Assembly: GCA_964016885.1 (NCBI GenBank)
Contig: OZ024741.1
Span: 163,680,001 to 163,744,000, forward strand
Direction of reading: 5' to 3'
Length of the DNA: 64,000 nucleotides
Source: Eledone cirrhosa
Lineage: Eukaryota
The position numbers and the translations under genes were made by a program. This document shows, one piece after another, positions 1 to 13,407 of the stretch. Below the pieces are notes generated by a model that was given only the letters and a program-made list of their open reading frames with translations, ran no database searches and was not told where the DNA came from. Numbering within the stretch: position 1 is the first letter of the stretch; each line of letters opens with the position of its first letter.

Positions 1-391
1 CTCTATGAACCACCTAAGAGAACTTTAGTCTATGACTTCTTTTATACCATAAACGTGGTTTTGTCTTTGCGTGTAATTGTTTTTCACCGCTCCAAATAAT
101 GACGTATTATATTCGTTTTTCCCGTTCTTCGCCAGGGAACGTTTCCACGAACCAAAGTATCGTCTTCCTGTCTTCCCCCCGGTTGCAATGTTTTTTGAAA
201 TATTCATTTCTGCGTTCACAGATTGACTTTGTTAGTTTCAGAAGATCCCGTTAAGGGTGAAAGCAGCGATTCTTTGCTTAAACTTTAATCTGTTATTTTA
301 ATAAATATTTGCTCTACGGTTCTTATATATTTGATATATATTTATCCTTATCGAGCCCTCTTTGGAGTTTAGTCTTCAAATTTATTATTAT

Positions 392-395
<4 letters not shown>
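1..395 (+). mobile_element. 3' pseudo-LTR/tail of a Penelope-like (Naiad-type) element, same family as 18220-21830
   Basis: Near-identical to 21530-21830 and 18220-18556; ends in a (TA)n run. Confidence 0.85.
234..284 (+). ncRNA. Hammerhead-ribozyme-like motif with variant core CAGAAGA
   Basis: agttt-CAGAAGA-tccc gttaa gggt-GAAA-gca..tgc-TT-aaact. Stem I agttt/aaact, stem III gca/tgc. Also at 18394-18444 and 21763-21813. Confidence 0.55.
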
Positions 396-433
<38 letters not shown>

Positions 434-466
434 TTACACATACACACAAACTACTAACCAAATAAT

Positions 467-652
467 TGTTTCTACTTTAGGCACAAGGCCAGCAATTACC
501 CAGTGCATTACTGGTACTTTATTTTATCGACCCCGTAAGGATGAAAGGCAAAGTCAACCTCGGCGGGATTTGAACTCAGATCGTAAAGGGACGTAACTAT
601 GCTGGAAAGCATGGCGTCCGACCCTCCACCGATACTGCCAATCCACCGCCCT
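467..652 (-). mobile_element. tRNA-derived SINE with Nin-type core
   Basis: Reverse complement of ggcggtggattggcagtatcgg...gttcaaatcc...gcctttcatcc...gtcgataaa; flanked by TSD aactactaaccaaataat (449-466 and 653-670). Confidence 0.9.
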
Positions 653-694
653 AACTACTAACCAAATAATGTTTGGTATCAATGGGTTCAAATC

Positions 695-1005
695 GAATTT
701 TGAAAGTAGGTTTATAAGTATACATTTCAGTGCATCTTCATAGCTGTCTCAGTGGACTAGCGATAGGTACTAAAGACGTTGGTGATCCTGGCCTTAGGTT
801 CAATCCTGGTCGAGAGGCACATGTGATCTTTTTCAGTTTTTATTTCACATAGAAAAACACTGAAAAGCTTTACCGGAAACCCTACTCCCAACGAGGATCG
901 AACTTCAGAGCAGGATCACCACCGTCTATGATTCCTCCGACTCGGCCGCTAAGACAGCTACAAGAGTATAATGAAATTAATAATTATAAAACTACTTTCA
1001 AAATC
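695..1005. mobile_element. Degenerate palindromic MITE-like element with tRNA-like arms
   Basis: Arm pairs ttttgaaagtaggtttataa/ttataaaactactttcaaaa, tagctgtct/agacagcta, ggtgatcctg/caggatcacc. Confidence 0.6.
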
Positions 1006-1173
1006 AAAGTTAAAAAGAGGTGGTGTCATTCATGGATTTCCTAGAGCTATTACTATATATATACACATATATTCGGTGGACAAGGATGCAATTCACTTCA
1101 AGCACTCGGTGTCATATTACTTCTTTAAAATAAGGATGACGTAGAATATTTATAAAGATGAAAAATATATATA

Positions 1174-1224
<51 letters not shown>

Positions 1225-1944
1225 TATGCATTTTATAGGGAAGGAGAGTCAGTTTCTAACATAGACACAAAACTCTTCCATTGGAATTTAGACTTGTATG
1301 CATGTATACATAATAGTTACTTTTTAATCTGCTGATTATATTGATCCAGACAATCATATCTATTGTTCTGTCTTAGTAGACTTCCTTGAACCATTATTTC
1401 CTGCTTGTCACTTCAATTTTCACCTGAATAGATCACGTGGAATCCCAATGTAGAAGATTGCTAGATTTCCACCGATATAATGGTGTGCTGCAATCCCGTT
1501 TGCATCCTTATTTAGGTCATAAACTTTTATTTTTATTTCCATTTAGACAAATCAATGTATATCTATTCAATATTCGATATTAACTTATTTTCTAAAACGA
1601 AATCGATTCGAGCATTTAATTCAAGTAGCATCAACTGAGAAACTTACTTCCTGTAACTTTTGAAGCGATTTATTTGACTTCATCATGCGAGGAATATGAA
1701 GTTAAAACTGCTGAAAAATGTTAACGTACCTTGTCTGATTCTAGAACATATCTATATATAACAACTAATGCTATTTCAGACTTAATTTATACCTAGTTAA
1801 TAAATTTCATATAAAATCCCTGACTAATATAAGAAACATTAATTCGAAATATCAGGTAAGGAATAAAACTCTATTTAATTAAACGTCCATTTTACTGATG
1901 ACAAAAGGAGCCTTGCAATAATGATTTCTTACTTTGGTATAAGG

Positions 1945-2052
<108 letters not shown>

Positions 2053-3062
2053 CTATGTATGTATATATATCACAGTACAACCTGTCTCATGGTCGGGTCG
2101 TTGGCGACTAAATAGGCAACCCCACCAAGGTTTCTTGGTGAGGGGGGGGGGTGACTTTGGGCATCCTGCAGGACTAAAAACAAAACCTGTCAAAGGGCAA
2201 AGGAGCTCCTAAGAGTCAATGGCCATCCAAAATCACCGGGAGAGATGACCCCTTAGCCTTTGTCAAGGCAGAATTCTAGGAGAAGGAAAACTCTGATATA
2301 ACACCAGCAAACCTGATGGTATCCAATGATGTTGACTTGTTCTTTTTGGTAAATATCTTCTTGGTTAAGAGAGTGGGACTGGCTTTGTGCAGTGCCTTTG
2401 CTCACTATAAAAACTTCACGGCACAGGCATTGCTTTATATCTGGAGATCTCTCTGCACTTGTCGTCACATGGTACCATGGGCCCAGCACTATGTGTCAAT
2501 AATTGTCACAAGTGTAGTGTTTGTACCAGAGTTTTCAAGTCGCTGGCTGGACTAAAAAGTCACACTCGTTCAGCGCATCGGTAGGGGTTCTCCTACATGG
2601 ATATAAAGTAGTGGCCGTACTCGAAAACGATTTGGCAGCCACCATATATATATATATATATACATATATATATGGGGTGGTCAGAAAGTTTATTGGCATG
2701 TATTAATTAACTTCTACAGAAAATAGAAACAAAACTAGAACCAACAATGGCACATCTCTGGTTTAATTTCCTACGAGAACAGTAAAAGTGGAATTACTAG
2801 GAAACTGCTGATGCTCTGAGTGGGTAATAATTGTTATATAGGAGAGTTCCTGGACGAAGTATATATGTTAATTTGTTTTGTTAATTTTCATTTATTCTTT
2901 TAATGTTTTCAGCCATGCCGCTGCACTGCATCAAAGGAATTAAGTTGACAATATCCACTCCCCAACATAACATTGTTCAGACTTTCTACTCATTTTATCG
3001 ATCTCTATTTCTCAAACCACTAAGTTATGGGACATAAGAAATAAACACACACACACACACAC

Positions 3063-3114
<52 letters not shown>

Positions 3115-3121
3115 ACACACA

Positions 3122-3197
<76 letters not shown>

Positions 3198-3206
3198 CTA
3201 TTATAT

Positions 3207-3319
3207 GAAAAGAGTTAGGACCCCGACGGCTGAGTTCCGGCCGTTTCGAAAGCTAGATCCGAACAGTTCGGATCTGTCGAAACGGCTGGAGCTCAGCCGT
3301 CGGGGTCCTGACTCTTTTC
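3207..3319. repeat. Long fold-back hairpin, probably an inverted remnant of a Penelope-type end
   Basis: gaaaagagttaggaccccgacggctgag...ctcagccgtcggggtcctgactcttttc, with inner agatccgaac/gttcggatct; lies between TA microsatellites. Confidence 0.75.
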
Positions 3320-3879
3320 CTATTACCCACTCTACTACCCTAAGTATCGAGTACTCTGGTGCGTTATGGTACACCTGGTATTTTACCACACCTTCTTTTT
3401 TCTTTATTATATTATATATATATATATATATATGCGTATATACATACATACATATATGTGTTAACGTACATAGGCCCATTTTTTCCGTTCTAGAGACTTA
3501 TACGCTATTTTTATTAGACTATTTTCTGTAGTGAAAAACTACGGTAAAGTTGCAAACTATTTTGCAAACTATTCGCAAATCATTTCATATTGATTAAGCC
3601 CGTGTTTGAGTTGATAAAATAACGATGTTGGATTATAGATCAATCGAATATTTAGAGGTTGCTCATTTTCACATCTTTTTTTTATATATGACGAAGCTTT
3701 GGATCTGTGATATATTGTCCTGTGATATATTGTCCTTTCTGTTTACTTTACTGAATCCAATGAGAAAATCACACGACAGAAAGAATTTAAATGAAAATAA
3801 ATAGTAGGAATAAATGCACAATAGTATAAAGGTTAAAGAAAGAAACACTTTTTATGAATGAAATGTATAACTGGAAACG

Positions 3880-4400
3880 GCGCCTGTTGTCATCTAGGGC
3901 ACTTGTTTCCTTTGCTCAGCAACAATTTTTAGGAGGAACTCATTTTCCTTTTCATCCTTCGTAGAAACATTAACCCTCTTTATGAGATAAATTCCTTGCT
4001 CATTAGTGTCATTCACAACTTTCAGAGCATCAACATATGCTTTGATATCATATCACCGTCAGTGTAAAAATCCAATTTGCTTGGAGCAATGTCAGGCAAT
4101 GTGAAGGCCCATAGCTTAGTGGTTAGAGCATTGGGCTTGCAATCGAAAGGTTGTGAGTTCAATTCTCGGACCGGGGGATGTGTTGTTTCCTTGAGCAAGA
4201 CACTTTATTTCACGTTGTTCCAGTTTACTCAGCTCTAGAAATGAGGTGATATAACTGGGGTCCCTATCATTAAGTTACCCAAGACACCTCCAACGAGATA
4301 CACCTTGGAGGAGGCCAGCTAAACCTGCATAGGTGTGAGCTGTCACACACACAATGTCAGGCAGTTCTTTGTTGACAAAAGCCATTCCCTTCCTCACACT
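3880..4400 (-). mobile_element. Decayed DNA transposase C-terminal fragment (hAT-like), interrupted by a SINE
   Basis: Minus-strand translation YVDALKVVNDTNEQGIYLIKRVNVSTKDEKENEFLLKIVAEQRKQVP resembles the 'LKVVNDxAERGV...TKDE' transposase tail. Confidence 0.45.
4100..4350 (+). mobile_element. tRNA-derived SINE with V-domain-like core
   Basis: A/B boxes tagcttagtgg and gagttcaattc, then ccttgagcaagacacttta; caatgtcaggca duplicated on both sides (TSD). Confidence 0.75.
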
Positions 4401-5569
4401 TCGGAGATCAACTTGGCCTTTCATTCTTTCTAGGTCGGTAGGAAAAGTATTAATACAGTATTTGGGTCGAATAATCCTCTGTATCTTTTCCTCGTCCCCT
4501 CTATAATTTCTCTCCTTCTCTGAAATTCAGATCTGGCGAAAGAATGGGCTCCGCCAAGTTTAAAATTTGCAAGGCACTATGTCTCTATCAGGAGTTACAT
4601 GTCCATAGAATGGTTTTCTGCACAGGTTCTGTGTACACAATTCTACTCACAAGTTATTGGAAAGATTACTTACCGAAATGAACCGATCTCAGAATTACAT
4701 GGTTACGAAGCAAAGGTCTTAGTCACATATCCACGACAAAATATGCTTCTATATAAAATATATAAAGAGAAGTGTAGGTGCTAGTATTCATTTCTGTTGT
4801 CATTAATAATTGTTTCTATTAGAAAACGAATATTTTAACAAGCTTTTGTCTTGGTTACAGGAAACTAAAATATGATACATTATATCCATTTCAGACAATT
4901 GTTAGTTGAATTATTCTGAATAAGCCAGACAAAATATTGAATATACACTGTAAAATACATACAAGTGTCTACACCTATACATTTAACAATAATTTTCTTT
5001 CTCTTACCCCCCTCCCCTCCCCTCTCTCTCACTCTCTCGATCACAAACACACACACACACTCTGTCTCTCTCTCTCAACCTCCTTCTTTCTATCTTGTTC
5101 TTATACCACCCTCTCTCAAAAGTACGTCATATCATAAATGTTACGAGTTCGTAATAAGTTAAAACAAACAAATACTGGAAAGTGGAACTCTAGATATTAA
5201 TGCTACTAATGAATAAGATCATTCGTCTACGTATGGTATAAATTAAATTAAATTAATTAAATCAGAACTTATCAATTAAGGTGCAAGAAGAACGATAGAG
5301 AATGTTTCGAAATAAAAAAAATACGTATCTGGATTTCGTTAAATATATTTTCATAATTACATAGATTCTAACGGCGGTGGAATGGCAGTGTCGGTAGAGC
5401 GTCGGACAGCGTTTTGCGACATAGAGTTATGTCCCTTTATGTTCTGTGTTCAAATCCATACTATACATCTAATTATCTGACCTACCAACATTTGTTATTT
5501 AAAAAATGAAAGAGACAGCTGTAACAGCAATTTGAACCTTACTAAACATTGCTTATCACAGCTGACTAG

Positions 5570-6082
5570 TTTACAGAATACAGTCGGGGCGCTGGTTTAG
5601 AATATTCACAATTTCCTGGATCAAGACTGTTGTGTGTCTTTAAAGACAATAAACGTATACTTTGGAGAGTGTGTGGCAACTGTGCACAGATGTGTTCAGG
5701 AAGATCTAAACATATGCAAAATGTTTGCGAAGTTTGTTCCCAGTGACAAACAGAAGGACAGAGATGGGCTTCAAAACTGTACCTCGTCCTCCCTACAATC
5801 CAGACTTTCCTCCCTGTGACAGTTGCTTGTTCCCCAAGTTGAAGGAGAACCTCAGGGTCTGTCGTTTTGAAGACATTAAGAAGGTGAAGGAGGCGGTCAA
5901 AGGTCCTGGAAACCTTCCCTTTGAAGGACTTCGATGAAGCCTTCACAAAGTGGTTGGAGCTCTACAACAAGTGGATTGTAGTCAGAGGATCCTACTTTGA
6001 AAAAGATTAGAGTTTTGTGTTTATTTGAAATTAATAAATGTCTGCCCTGAAGAAGTCTCAAAACTTCCTGAATACACCTTCC
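5570..6082 (+). mobile_element. Mariner transposase remnant
   Basis: PPYNPDFPPCDSCLFPKLKENLR matches the mariner PPYSPDLAPxDFxLFPKLK motif. Confidence 0.8.
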
Positions 6083-6194
6083 ATATATATAAATGGTTGA
6101 AATTTGAAATATGTTCGTCCTAACTCAAATAATAGGCTATCACTGCAAAAGAGTTGAGATAATTGGGTAAGTACTCCTGTTAGTATCAAACGAA

Positions 6195-6720
6195 CCACGG
6201 AGCTTGAGGCAACCCAACAAAGCTACACCAAGAGGATTGCCACAATAAAGGAAGTGAGCATCTGGGAAAGGCTAAAAGAACTGAAGCTCTACTCTTTGGA
6301 ACGAAGACGGGAGAGATACGCAGTGATATTCATATGGAAATTCCTGGAGGGAATAGCACCAAACTTTGGCATTGAGAGCTGGACCAACCCCCGAAGAGGA
6401 TGTCACTGTGTGATGCCAAAGGTCCCATCTTTCACATCTAGAATAAGGAGCATATATTGCAATCCTGGGTTTCAAAAGACCTCAACTCTTCAACAAGCTG
6501 CCAAGAAATTTGAGAGATCTGTATGGTGTGGTCATAGATATATTCAAGATTCATCTTTGCACCCTGCTATCCAGGATCCCAGATGAGCCCACAGCACGGT
6601 ACGAAGGTAACCGAAGGGCAGCAGCAACGAACGCCCTCTTACACCAAGCTGGAGATAGAATGTTTAGAAACAAGGGAAGTGCCCCAGCATAGCCTCAGCC
6701 GGATGGCTGGAACAGGTAAA
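6195..6720 (+). mobile_element. CR1-group LINE 3' fragment
   Basis: WERLKELKLYSLERRRERYAVIFIWKFLEG is the typical post-RT C-terminal motif. Confidence 0.75.
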
Positions 6721-6748
6721 AGAGTAAAAGAGATATATTATATATATG

Positions 6749-6801
<53 letters not shown>

Positions 6802-7251
6802 AGAATGAAACGAAATTTAATTTCTCACTCTTAGACGGCACTTACTTAAATGTAAGTATGTATGTATACGTACATACATATATGTATACAGACGTACAGT
6901 AGCATGTATATATATATATATATATAGTATTTACGTATCGAGAAAGAGAGAAAAAGGAGGGATAAGTGATACATATAGTTATTTGCCAAGTAGCGTATGC
7001 CAAAGGTGCTCGATACTAGTGCCGGCAGTATTAAATATTCGAAGTGTTAATATTTAGTGGGCTCGAGAGTTAGCAGAGCGTAAGCACGTGGGAAAGTAAA
7101 AAATCGGAGAATAGACCGTTAAAACATGTTTATTTAAAATATCACCTACGTACGTTTCGCCCAGTTGGGCTTCTCAAGGGCATAAATAATCACAAGTGTT
7201 CCTTATATAGTTCGGAAAGAGTTTTGGGGGTTAAATCTACATCAAGATTCA

Positions 7252-7989
7252 TTGCTCACAAAAAGACTCATTGCTCGCAAAAATATCACAGACGCACCTA
7301 CACCTGACAATAACTATATTGGCCTTAACAACTCCCTGACAGCATCCAATAGTGTTGGCAACGGCATCCGCAGACGCAACCAGAATGACCGCGAAGTGAC
7401 TGGGGAACATGCAGAACATGACGTGCGGAATAACAATCGCACCATCCCGCGTGCTGTGGGTTGTAATTGTGCTAACGACAGCTGCGGTAGCGTAGATAAC
7501 AACGTAGGCAGCAACAATGATAGCCTCACCGTGGGAAATAGACGGAACCGCGACAGAAATTGCAACTGCCGCGACAGAGGACGCTGCCCCCTTAGAGGAT
7601 ACTGCTTGACTGATAGGGTTATATATAGATGCACTATTACTAGCCACAATAGCGTTAAACATTATATAGGGGCCACCTCCGGCCCGTTCAAAATTAGGGT
7701 TCGAACACATCTCCACTCTTTCACAAATAGAAAACTAAGGCACTCCACTTCGCTCGCGGACTACATCACATCACTAAAGGACTTAAACATCAGCTTCTCC
7801 ACGCACTGGGAGATTGTCGGCAGGGCTGCACCGTACAACTTCAAGAGGAAATGCGATCTTTGCCTCATGGAGCTCTACCACATCATAACTGCACCCCACG
7901 AGCTCATCAACAGCAGAGCTGAAACAGCGATAAGTTGTACACATCGCTTAAAAATATCCTTCTTTAGATGGGTTAAGAATGAAGAGTGA
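7252..7989 (+). CDS. GIY-YIG endonuclease domain of a Penelope-like element (C-terminal part only)
   Basis: CNCRDRGRCPLRGYCL-VIY-YIG-FKIR-HxxSF-WEI-CDLCLME pattern. Confidence 0.8.
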   Translation: MLTKRLIARKNITDAPTPDNNYIGLNNSLTASNSVGNGIRRRNQNDREVTGEHAEHDVRNNNRTIPRAVGCNCANDSCGSVDNNVGSNNDSLTVGNRRNRDRNCNCRDRGRCPLRGYCLTDRVIYRCTITSHNSVKHYIGATSGPFKIRVRTHLHSFTNRKLRHSTSLADYITSLKDLNISFSTHWEIVGRAAPYNFKRKCDLCLMELYHIITAPHELINSRAETAISCTHRLKISFFRWVKNEE

Positions 7990-8273
7990 AATAGTACACT
8001 GGATCTCCCTGCAACAAGTCTTAACACCCCGGCGGGCAGGCGCAGCTAAACAACACCCAGAAAACAATCCTTGCATACCAGACCCAGCCTCAGATGCGGC
8101 AAAAAAAAAAAAAAAAAAATTATCCGGGAAAGACTGCCCTAACACCGGCCAGAGTTACCTCCCTTGACCTGCTGCAAAATCAAAACAAGATATTTTTGCG
8201 AGCAATGAATCTTGATGTAGATTTAACCCCCAAAACTCTTTCCGAACTATATAAGGAACACTTGTGATTGTTT

Positions 8274-8316
8274 ATGCCCTTGAGAAGCCCAACTGGGCGA
8301 AACGTACGTAGGTGAT
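8274..8316 (+). ncRNA. Minimal type I hammerhead, U3-A8 variant (mirror copy on - strand at ~7141-7183)
   Basis: TTGAGAA-gccc aact gggc-GAAA-cgtacg-TA. Palindromic helix III; stem I weak. Confidence 0.65.
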
Positions 8317-8377
8317 ATTTTAAATAAACATGTTTTAACGGTCTATTCTCCGATTTTTTACTTTCCCACGTATATAC

Positions 8378-8439
<62 letters not shown>

Positions 8440-8444
<5 letters not shown>

Positions 8445-8994
8445 CAGGCACGCATATATATATGCACGTATCAGTTTACCGAACATTTATTATAATGTTC
8501 GCTTTGTTCGTTTGTAAACAAACGAACAGCCTGATTTACGCCGTACAGTGTTTAGGCAACCACGTCACCATTTTGTTCAACACTGACACAGGAACGATGT
8601 ACTAGTTTCAAGCTTATTAGCTATCGTCAGCACCGTATACCTTTCTGCCAGATGGTTGAACGTCCGAAGGTATATATTTTCCTTATGTAAATTAACGACT
8701 GAGCAGCCTAATTTGCATATCGAGTGAGTTCAGTCGGCCAGGCGCACCGAAAACGATAAATGGAATAGAATTAAACGAAATTTCATTTCTCACTCTTAGT
8801 ACGGCATTTACTTAAATGTAAGTATGTATGTATACGTACATACATATATGTATACAGACTTACAGTAGCATGTATATATATATACATACACTGTACGGCG
8901 TAAATCAGGCTGTTCGTTTGTTTACAAACGAACAAAGCGAACATTATAATAAATGTTCGGTAAACTGATACGTGCATATATATATGTGTGCCTG

Positions 8995-8996
<2 letters not shown>
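8440..8996. repeat. ~110-bp near-perfect inverted repeats around a ~340-bp spacer (non-autonomous DNA element?)
   Basis: gcacgtatcagtttaccgaac...cgccgtacagtgt and its reverse complement at ~8889-8996. Confidence 0.7.
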
Positions 8997-9028
<32 letters not shown>

Positions 9029-9083
9029 CATGCTACTGTACGTCTGTATACATATATGTATGTACGTATACATACATACTTAC

Positions 9084-9139
<56 letters not shown>

Positions 9140-9144
<5 letters not shown>

Positions 9145-9450
9145 AATAAAATATATAAATAAAAACACCCGCATACACCCGGATGTAATGTATGCGCAAA
9201 CTAAGCACACAACACAACACACAAAATAAAAACCTAGTCACTGAGGAGATCACAGAATGTGTGACGAAAGAGCTTTGAAAATATATAAACAACCTTCAGG
9301 TTATCGAACCAACCAGTCAACCGGAAACATAATAAATTGAAGTGAAAACCAACAGGTGCATGTGTTTTTATTGGCAGCATGACCCTCCCAAAGTATAACA
9401 ATATGTTTCAAGACATGTTTTCAGATAAGAAATCTGGCAAAACGAATTAT
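9140..9450 (+). mobile_element. Penelope pLTR remnant with HHR and ORF start MTLPKYNN
   Basis: HHR followed by atgaccctcccaaagtataacaat, shared with 13159. Confidence 0.6.
9238..9278 (+). ncRNA. Minimal type I hammerhead ribozyme
   Basis: tca-CTGAGGA-gatcac agaatgt gtgac-GAAA-gagc-TT-tga. Confidence 0.7.
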
Positions 9451-9481
9451 ACATACATATATACATATATGTGTGTGTGTG

Positions 9482-9534
<53 letters not shown>

Positions 9535-9628
9535 ATATATGCAAAAATTATATTTAATTTGTTGGGATTCAACAAGCTCAAAAGTTTTATAACTGATATA
9601 AAGCACTCAACATATTACTGGAGTAATT

Positions 9629-9969
9629 ATTCAATATATTAATAAATGGAAACTATATTTATAAAACCATAATTATTTTATGATATATATTTCAAGGGCA
9701 ACGAAGGCAAATTTTGGTGCGCTTTCATCAGATAAAATACAAAATTTGTTTTATAAATGTTGACATACCCGCGGAAAAAAGAACCTCTATCCAGAGAACC
9801 TTCAACCATCAAGGTTGTTTTTTCCGCGGGAATGTCAGCATTTATAAAACAAATTTTGTATTTTATCTGATGAAAGCGCACCGAAATTTGCCTTGGTTGT
9901 CCTTGAAATATATATAATAAAATAATTATGGTTTTATAAATATAGTTTCCATTTATTAATATATTGAAT
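9629..9969. repeat. ~150-bp-arm inverted repeat with an HHR-like core (fold-back Penelope end)
   Basis: Arms ~9629-9780 and ~9818-9969; tattttat-CTGATGA..GAAA..ataaaata, with poor stem II. Confidence 0.7.
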
Positions 9970-9988
9970 TATATATATATATATATAT

Positions 9989-10668
9989 ATGAATAAAGTT
10001 AGTCCTTAATCAGTGATCTTCCAACCTTCATTGGTATTTCATCGCTTTAAAGACCATATACCTCCGGTTGGTGCGAGCAACTGCTAAAGAAAGTCGTTGA
10101 GACACGTAAATAAGGGGAACGAGCGAGACTGTAAACAAACAAAAGTGAGGAAGAAAGAGTCAAGTCCCAGATTTACATGAATATAATAAGTTCGGTGAAA
10201 TCGTGAACGAGAGAGAATAAAGACCATCAAACCTAATCGAAATGTGAGCAAGGAAGGAATTCCGCACAGGTCAACCGGGAGGAAGAAGGAGTCTAGTCCC
10301 TGAATTCGGTGAACAAAAGTTCTGTGAAATCGTAGACAAGAGAGAAAAAAGGAACAACCAGCCTGGTCAAGCGTGCGCGAGAAAAGAATTACGCACAGGT
10401 CAAACGGGAGGAAGTAGGAGAGGTAGTAGCAGAGAGTGAGTGAGTGAAGGGTGAGGAAGAGGCTAACAGAGAGAGTGACTGTTAGAGAGGGTACAGATAC
10501 AGATAAAGAGGAAGCAGTAAGAACGAAATAGACGGGTCACAGCGGGGGAAAATATATGTGTGAAAATGCAAACAAACGTGCTGCGTGGTTGCAAATGGGT
10601 TACATATGAATAAAGTTAGTCCTTCATCAGTGATCTTCCAACCTTCATTGGTATTTCATCGCTTTAAA
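9989..10668. mobile_element. Non-coding element with ~60-bp direct terminal repeats and internal ~130-bp tandem units
   Basis: gaataaagttagtcctt..atcgctttaa at ~9991-10049 and ~10608-10667; two diverged units in 10149-10420. Confidence 0.6.
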
Positions 10669-11245
10669 TATATTATAATTCACCATAATTGACTCAATAG
10701 AATCTGTATGACCATAGCCTGACAGAAATCCTATTAGTGCAGATGGAATATGTTATCTTCCAACATAATTCTTGCGGACATTTTCTTCTTCCAATTGATA
10801 ACCTGTTTTTATATTGTTCATAGTAACATTCCTATAGCCCCGAGAATTCTTCCCTACTTAGTCTATTAGAAAATCATTTCCTATCTTTATCTCATAATCC
10901 AGAAACCTTTATACCCATTTATTACACGCTAAGCTAAGAAGTAGGCTGATCCACGCCTGTGCTGCAAAATGTACATTCTTCTTCTTTTTTTGAAGACGGC
11001 AAGATACATTCTTAAGGAGATTCGTTGTCATTTCAAGCAAGATGGACGACTATATAGAAGGTGCTAGCCTGTCAACGTTGTCATCGTCGTCATGGTTGTT
11101 ATTGTTTTTGCTTTAGTTGTATTTCTTGCTCCGAGGTCAACTTTGCCTTTCATCCTTTCGAGGTCGATAAAAATGTACCAGTCTAGTACTGGGGTCGATT
11201 CTTCCTCTATATCTCTTTCTCATTTCCTCTCTCTCACTTTCTATC

Positions 11246-11360
11246 TGTTTCTGCTGTACTCCGGCCTGGAGAGGGATGGGCTCCGCCAGGCTTAAAATGC
11301 CCAAGAAACGCTGTATGCGAATACGGTGCCCCTACGACTCTAACAGGGTTACGGGACGTG
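11246..11360 (+). repeat. Short dispersed repeat (related copies ~35862-35960 and ~4530-4600)
   Basis: Shared gatgggctccgccagg-ttaaa..tgccc...ctaacagggttacgg. Confidence 0.55.
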
Positions 11361-12064
11361 AAAAGAAGAAATATTTCTTGTTGTTGTTTAACTTCAAGTC
11401 AGCTCTTAATGGGCAGTACCATCATTAAACCTCCCACATAATAACTGTCTTATGCATACTGTGTGTCCAGTAAAACGTTATCCAATGTGTTCTTTATAGA
11501 TACTTGGTTGCTATTTGAAGCAGATTCATCTACCGTGTTGAAAATCTGCGTCACTTCAAATTTCGAATAATATCAATATTAATAAAAAAAAATTTTTTAC
11601 TATTTTTCAATTATAAAATAATATATTTGTCATTATTTAATTTTTTTTTTTTTTTTTAGGTCTTTTGGCTGCTACTGAAGTATACTAAAATTGATTCCCT
11701 TTCAAGTTTTTAATTTTATTTAATTAAAAGCAGTTTTATTACGTTAGACTTTTCAAAAATTTATTACAGATAAGATTATAATATGGATATTTATTATAAC
11801 AAATATAATACGGATCATGTTAATAGGAAATGACTTAGGAACAATCTGAGTATTCATAGTTATGTTCTATGTTGGCTCTCCGTCGTTTTCATCGATGAAT
11901 ACTCCAGTTGATTCAATCGAAGAAATAGCCTACTCGTGAAACGGACGTGTAAATGGTTAAGCATCACACACAGATATTCAGCGTGTCACAATAAGCCAGA
12001 TATGAGAGATACATTCATAAGCTAGGCAGCGAAAAGGGTTCATGTTAGGCATTATATGTGTGTG

Positions 12065-12298
12065 TTGGGGTAGTCGATTGGAAGTATCATTAAAGCATCG
12101 TACACCATGCTTTGCAGCATAGAGTTACGGCTCTTTTGCGGTCTAATTTCAAATCCCGCCGAGGTTAGCTTCGCCTTTCATCATTACCAGGTCGATAAAC
12201 TAAAGCATTAGTAATGGACTGGGATCGATCTAATCCCCCCCCCCCCCAAAAAAAAATAATAATAATAAAATGCTGGCCTTGTGCTTATAGTAGAAATC

Positions 12299-12300
<2 letters not shown>
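12065..12300 (+). mobile_element. Nin-core SINE (diverged)
   Basis: tcaaatcccgccgaggttagcttcgcctttcatc...gctggccttgtgc. Confidence 0.8.
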
Positions 12301-12349
<49 letters not shown>

Positions 12350-12508
12350 AATTAAGTTAAAAATGTACATCTACATATGCATACTGAAATACTAGTGTGT
12401 ATATGAATACACACACGTATACACATGCAGATGTATCAAGTCTTTCACTGGTTGCTTTACTGTGAGCAACCCAGCTATTCTGTATGTAAATACACAGACA
12501 AACCGTTT

Positions 12509-13395
<887 letters not shown>

Positions 13396-13407
13396 GCGCG
13401 TGTGTGT

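Larger units (their letters stand above)
7086..8371 (+). mobile_element. 5'-truncated Penelope-like element (Naiad-type GIY-YIG) with an inverted pLTR at its 5' end
   Basis: Inverted repeats ~7086-7257 and ~8200-8371 flank a GIY-YIG ORF. Confidence 0.85.

Noticed and set aside
10615-10665. Type II hammerhead (minus GAAA...CTGATGA)
   Set aside because: Stem II and the cleavage triplet do not form
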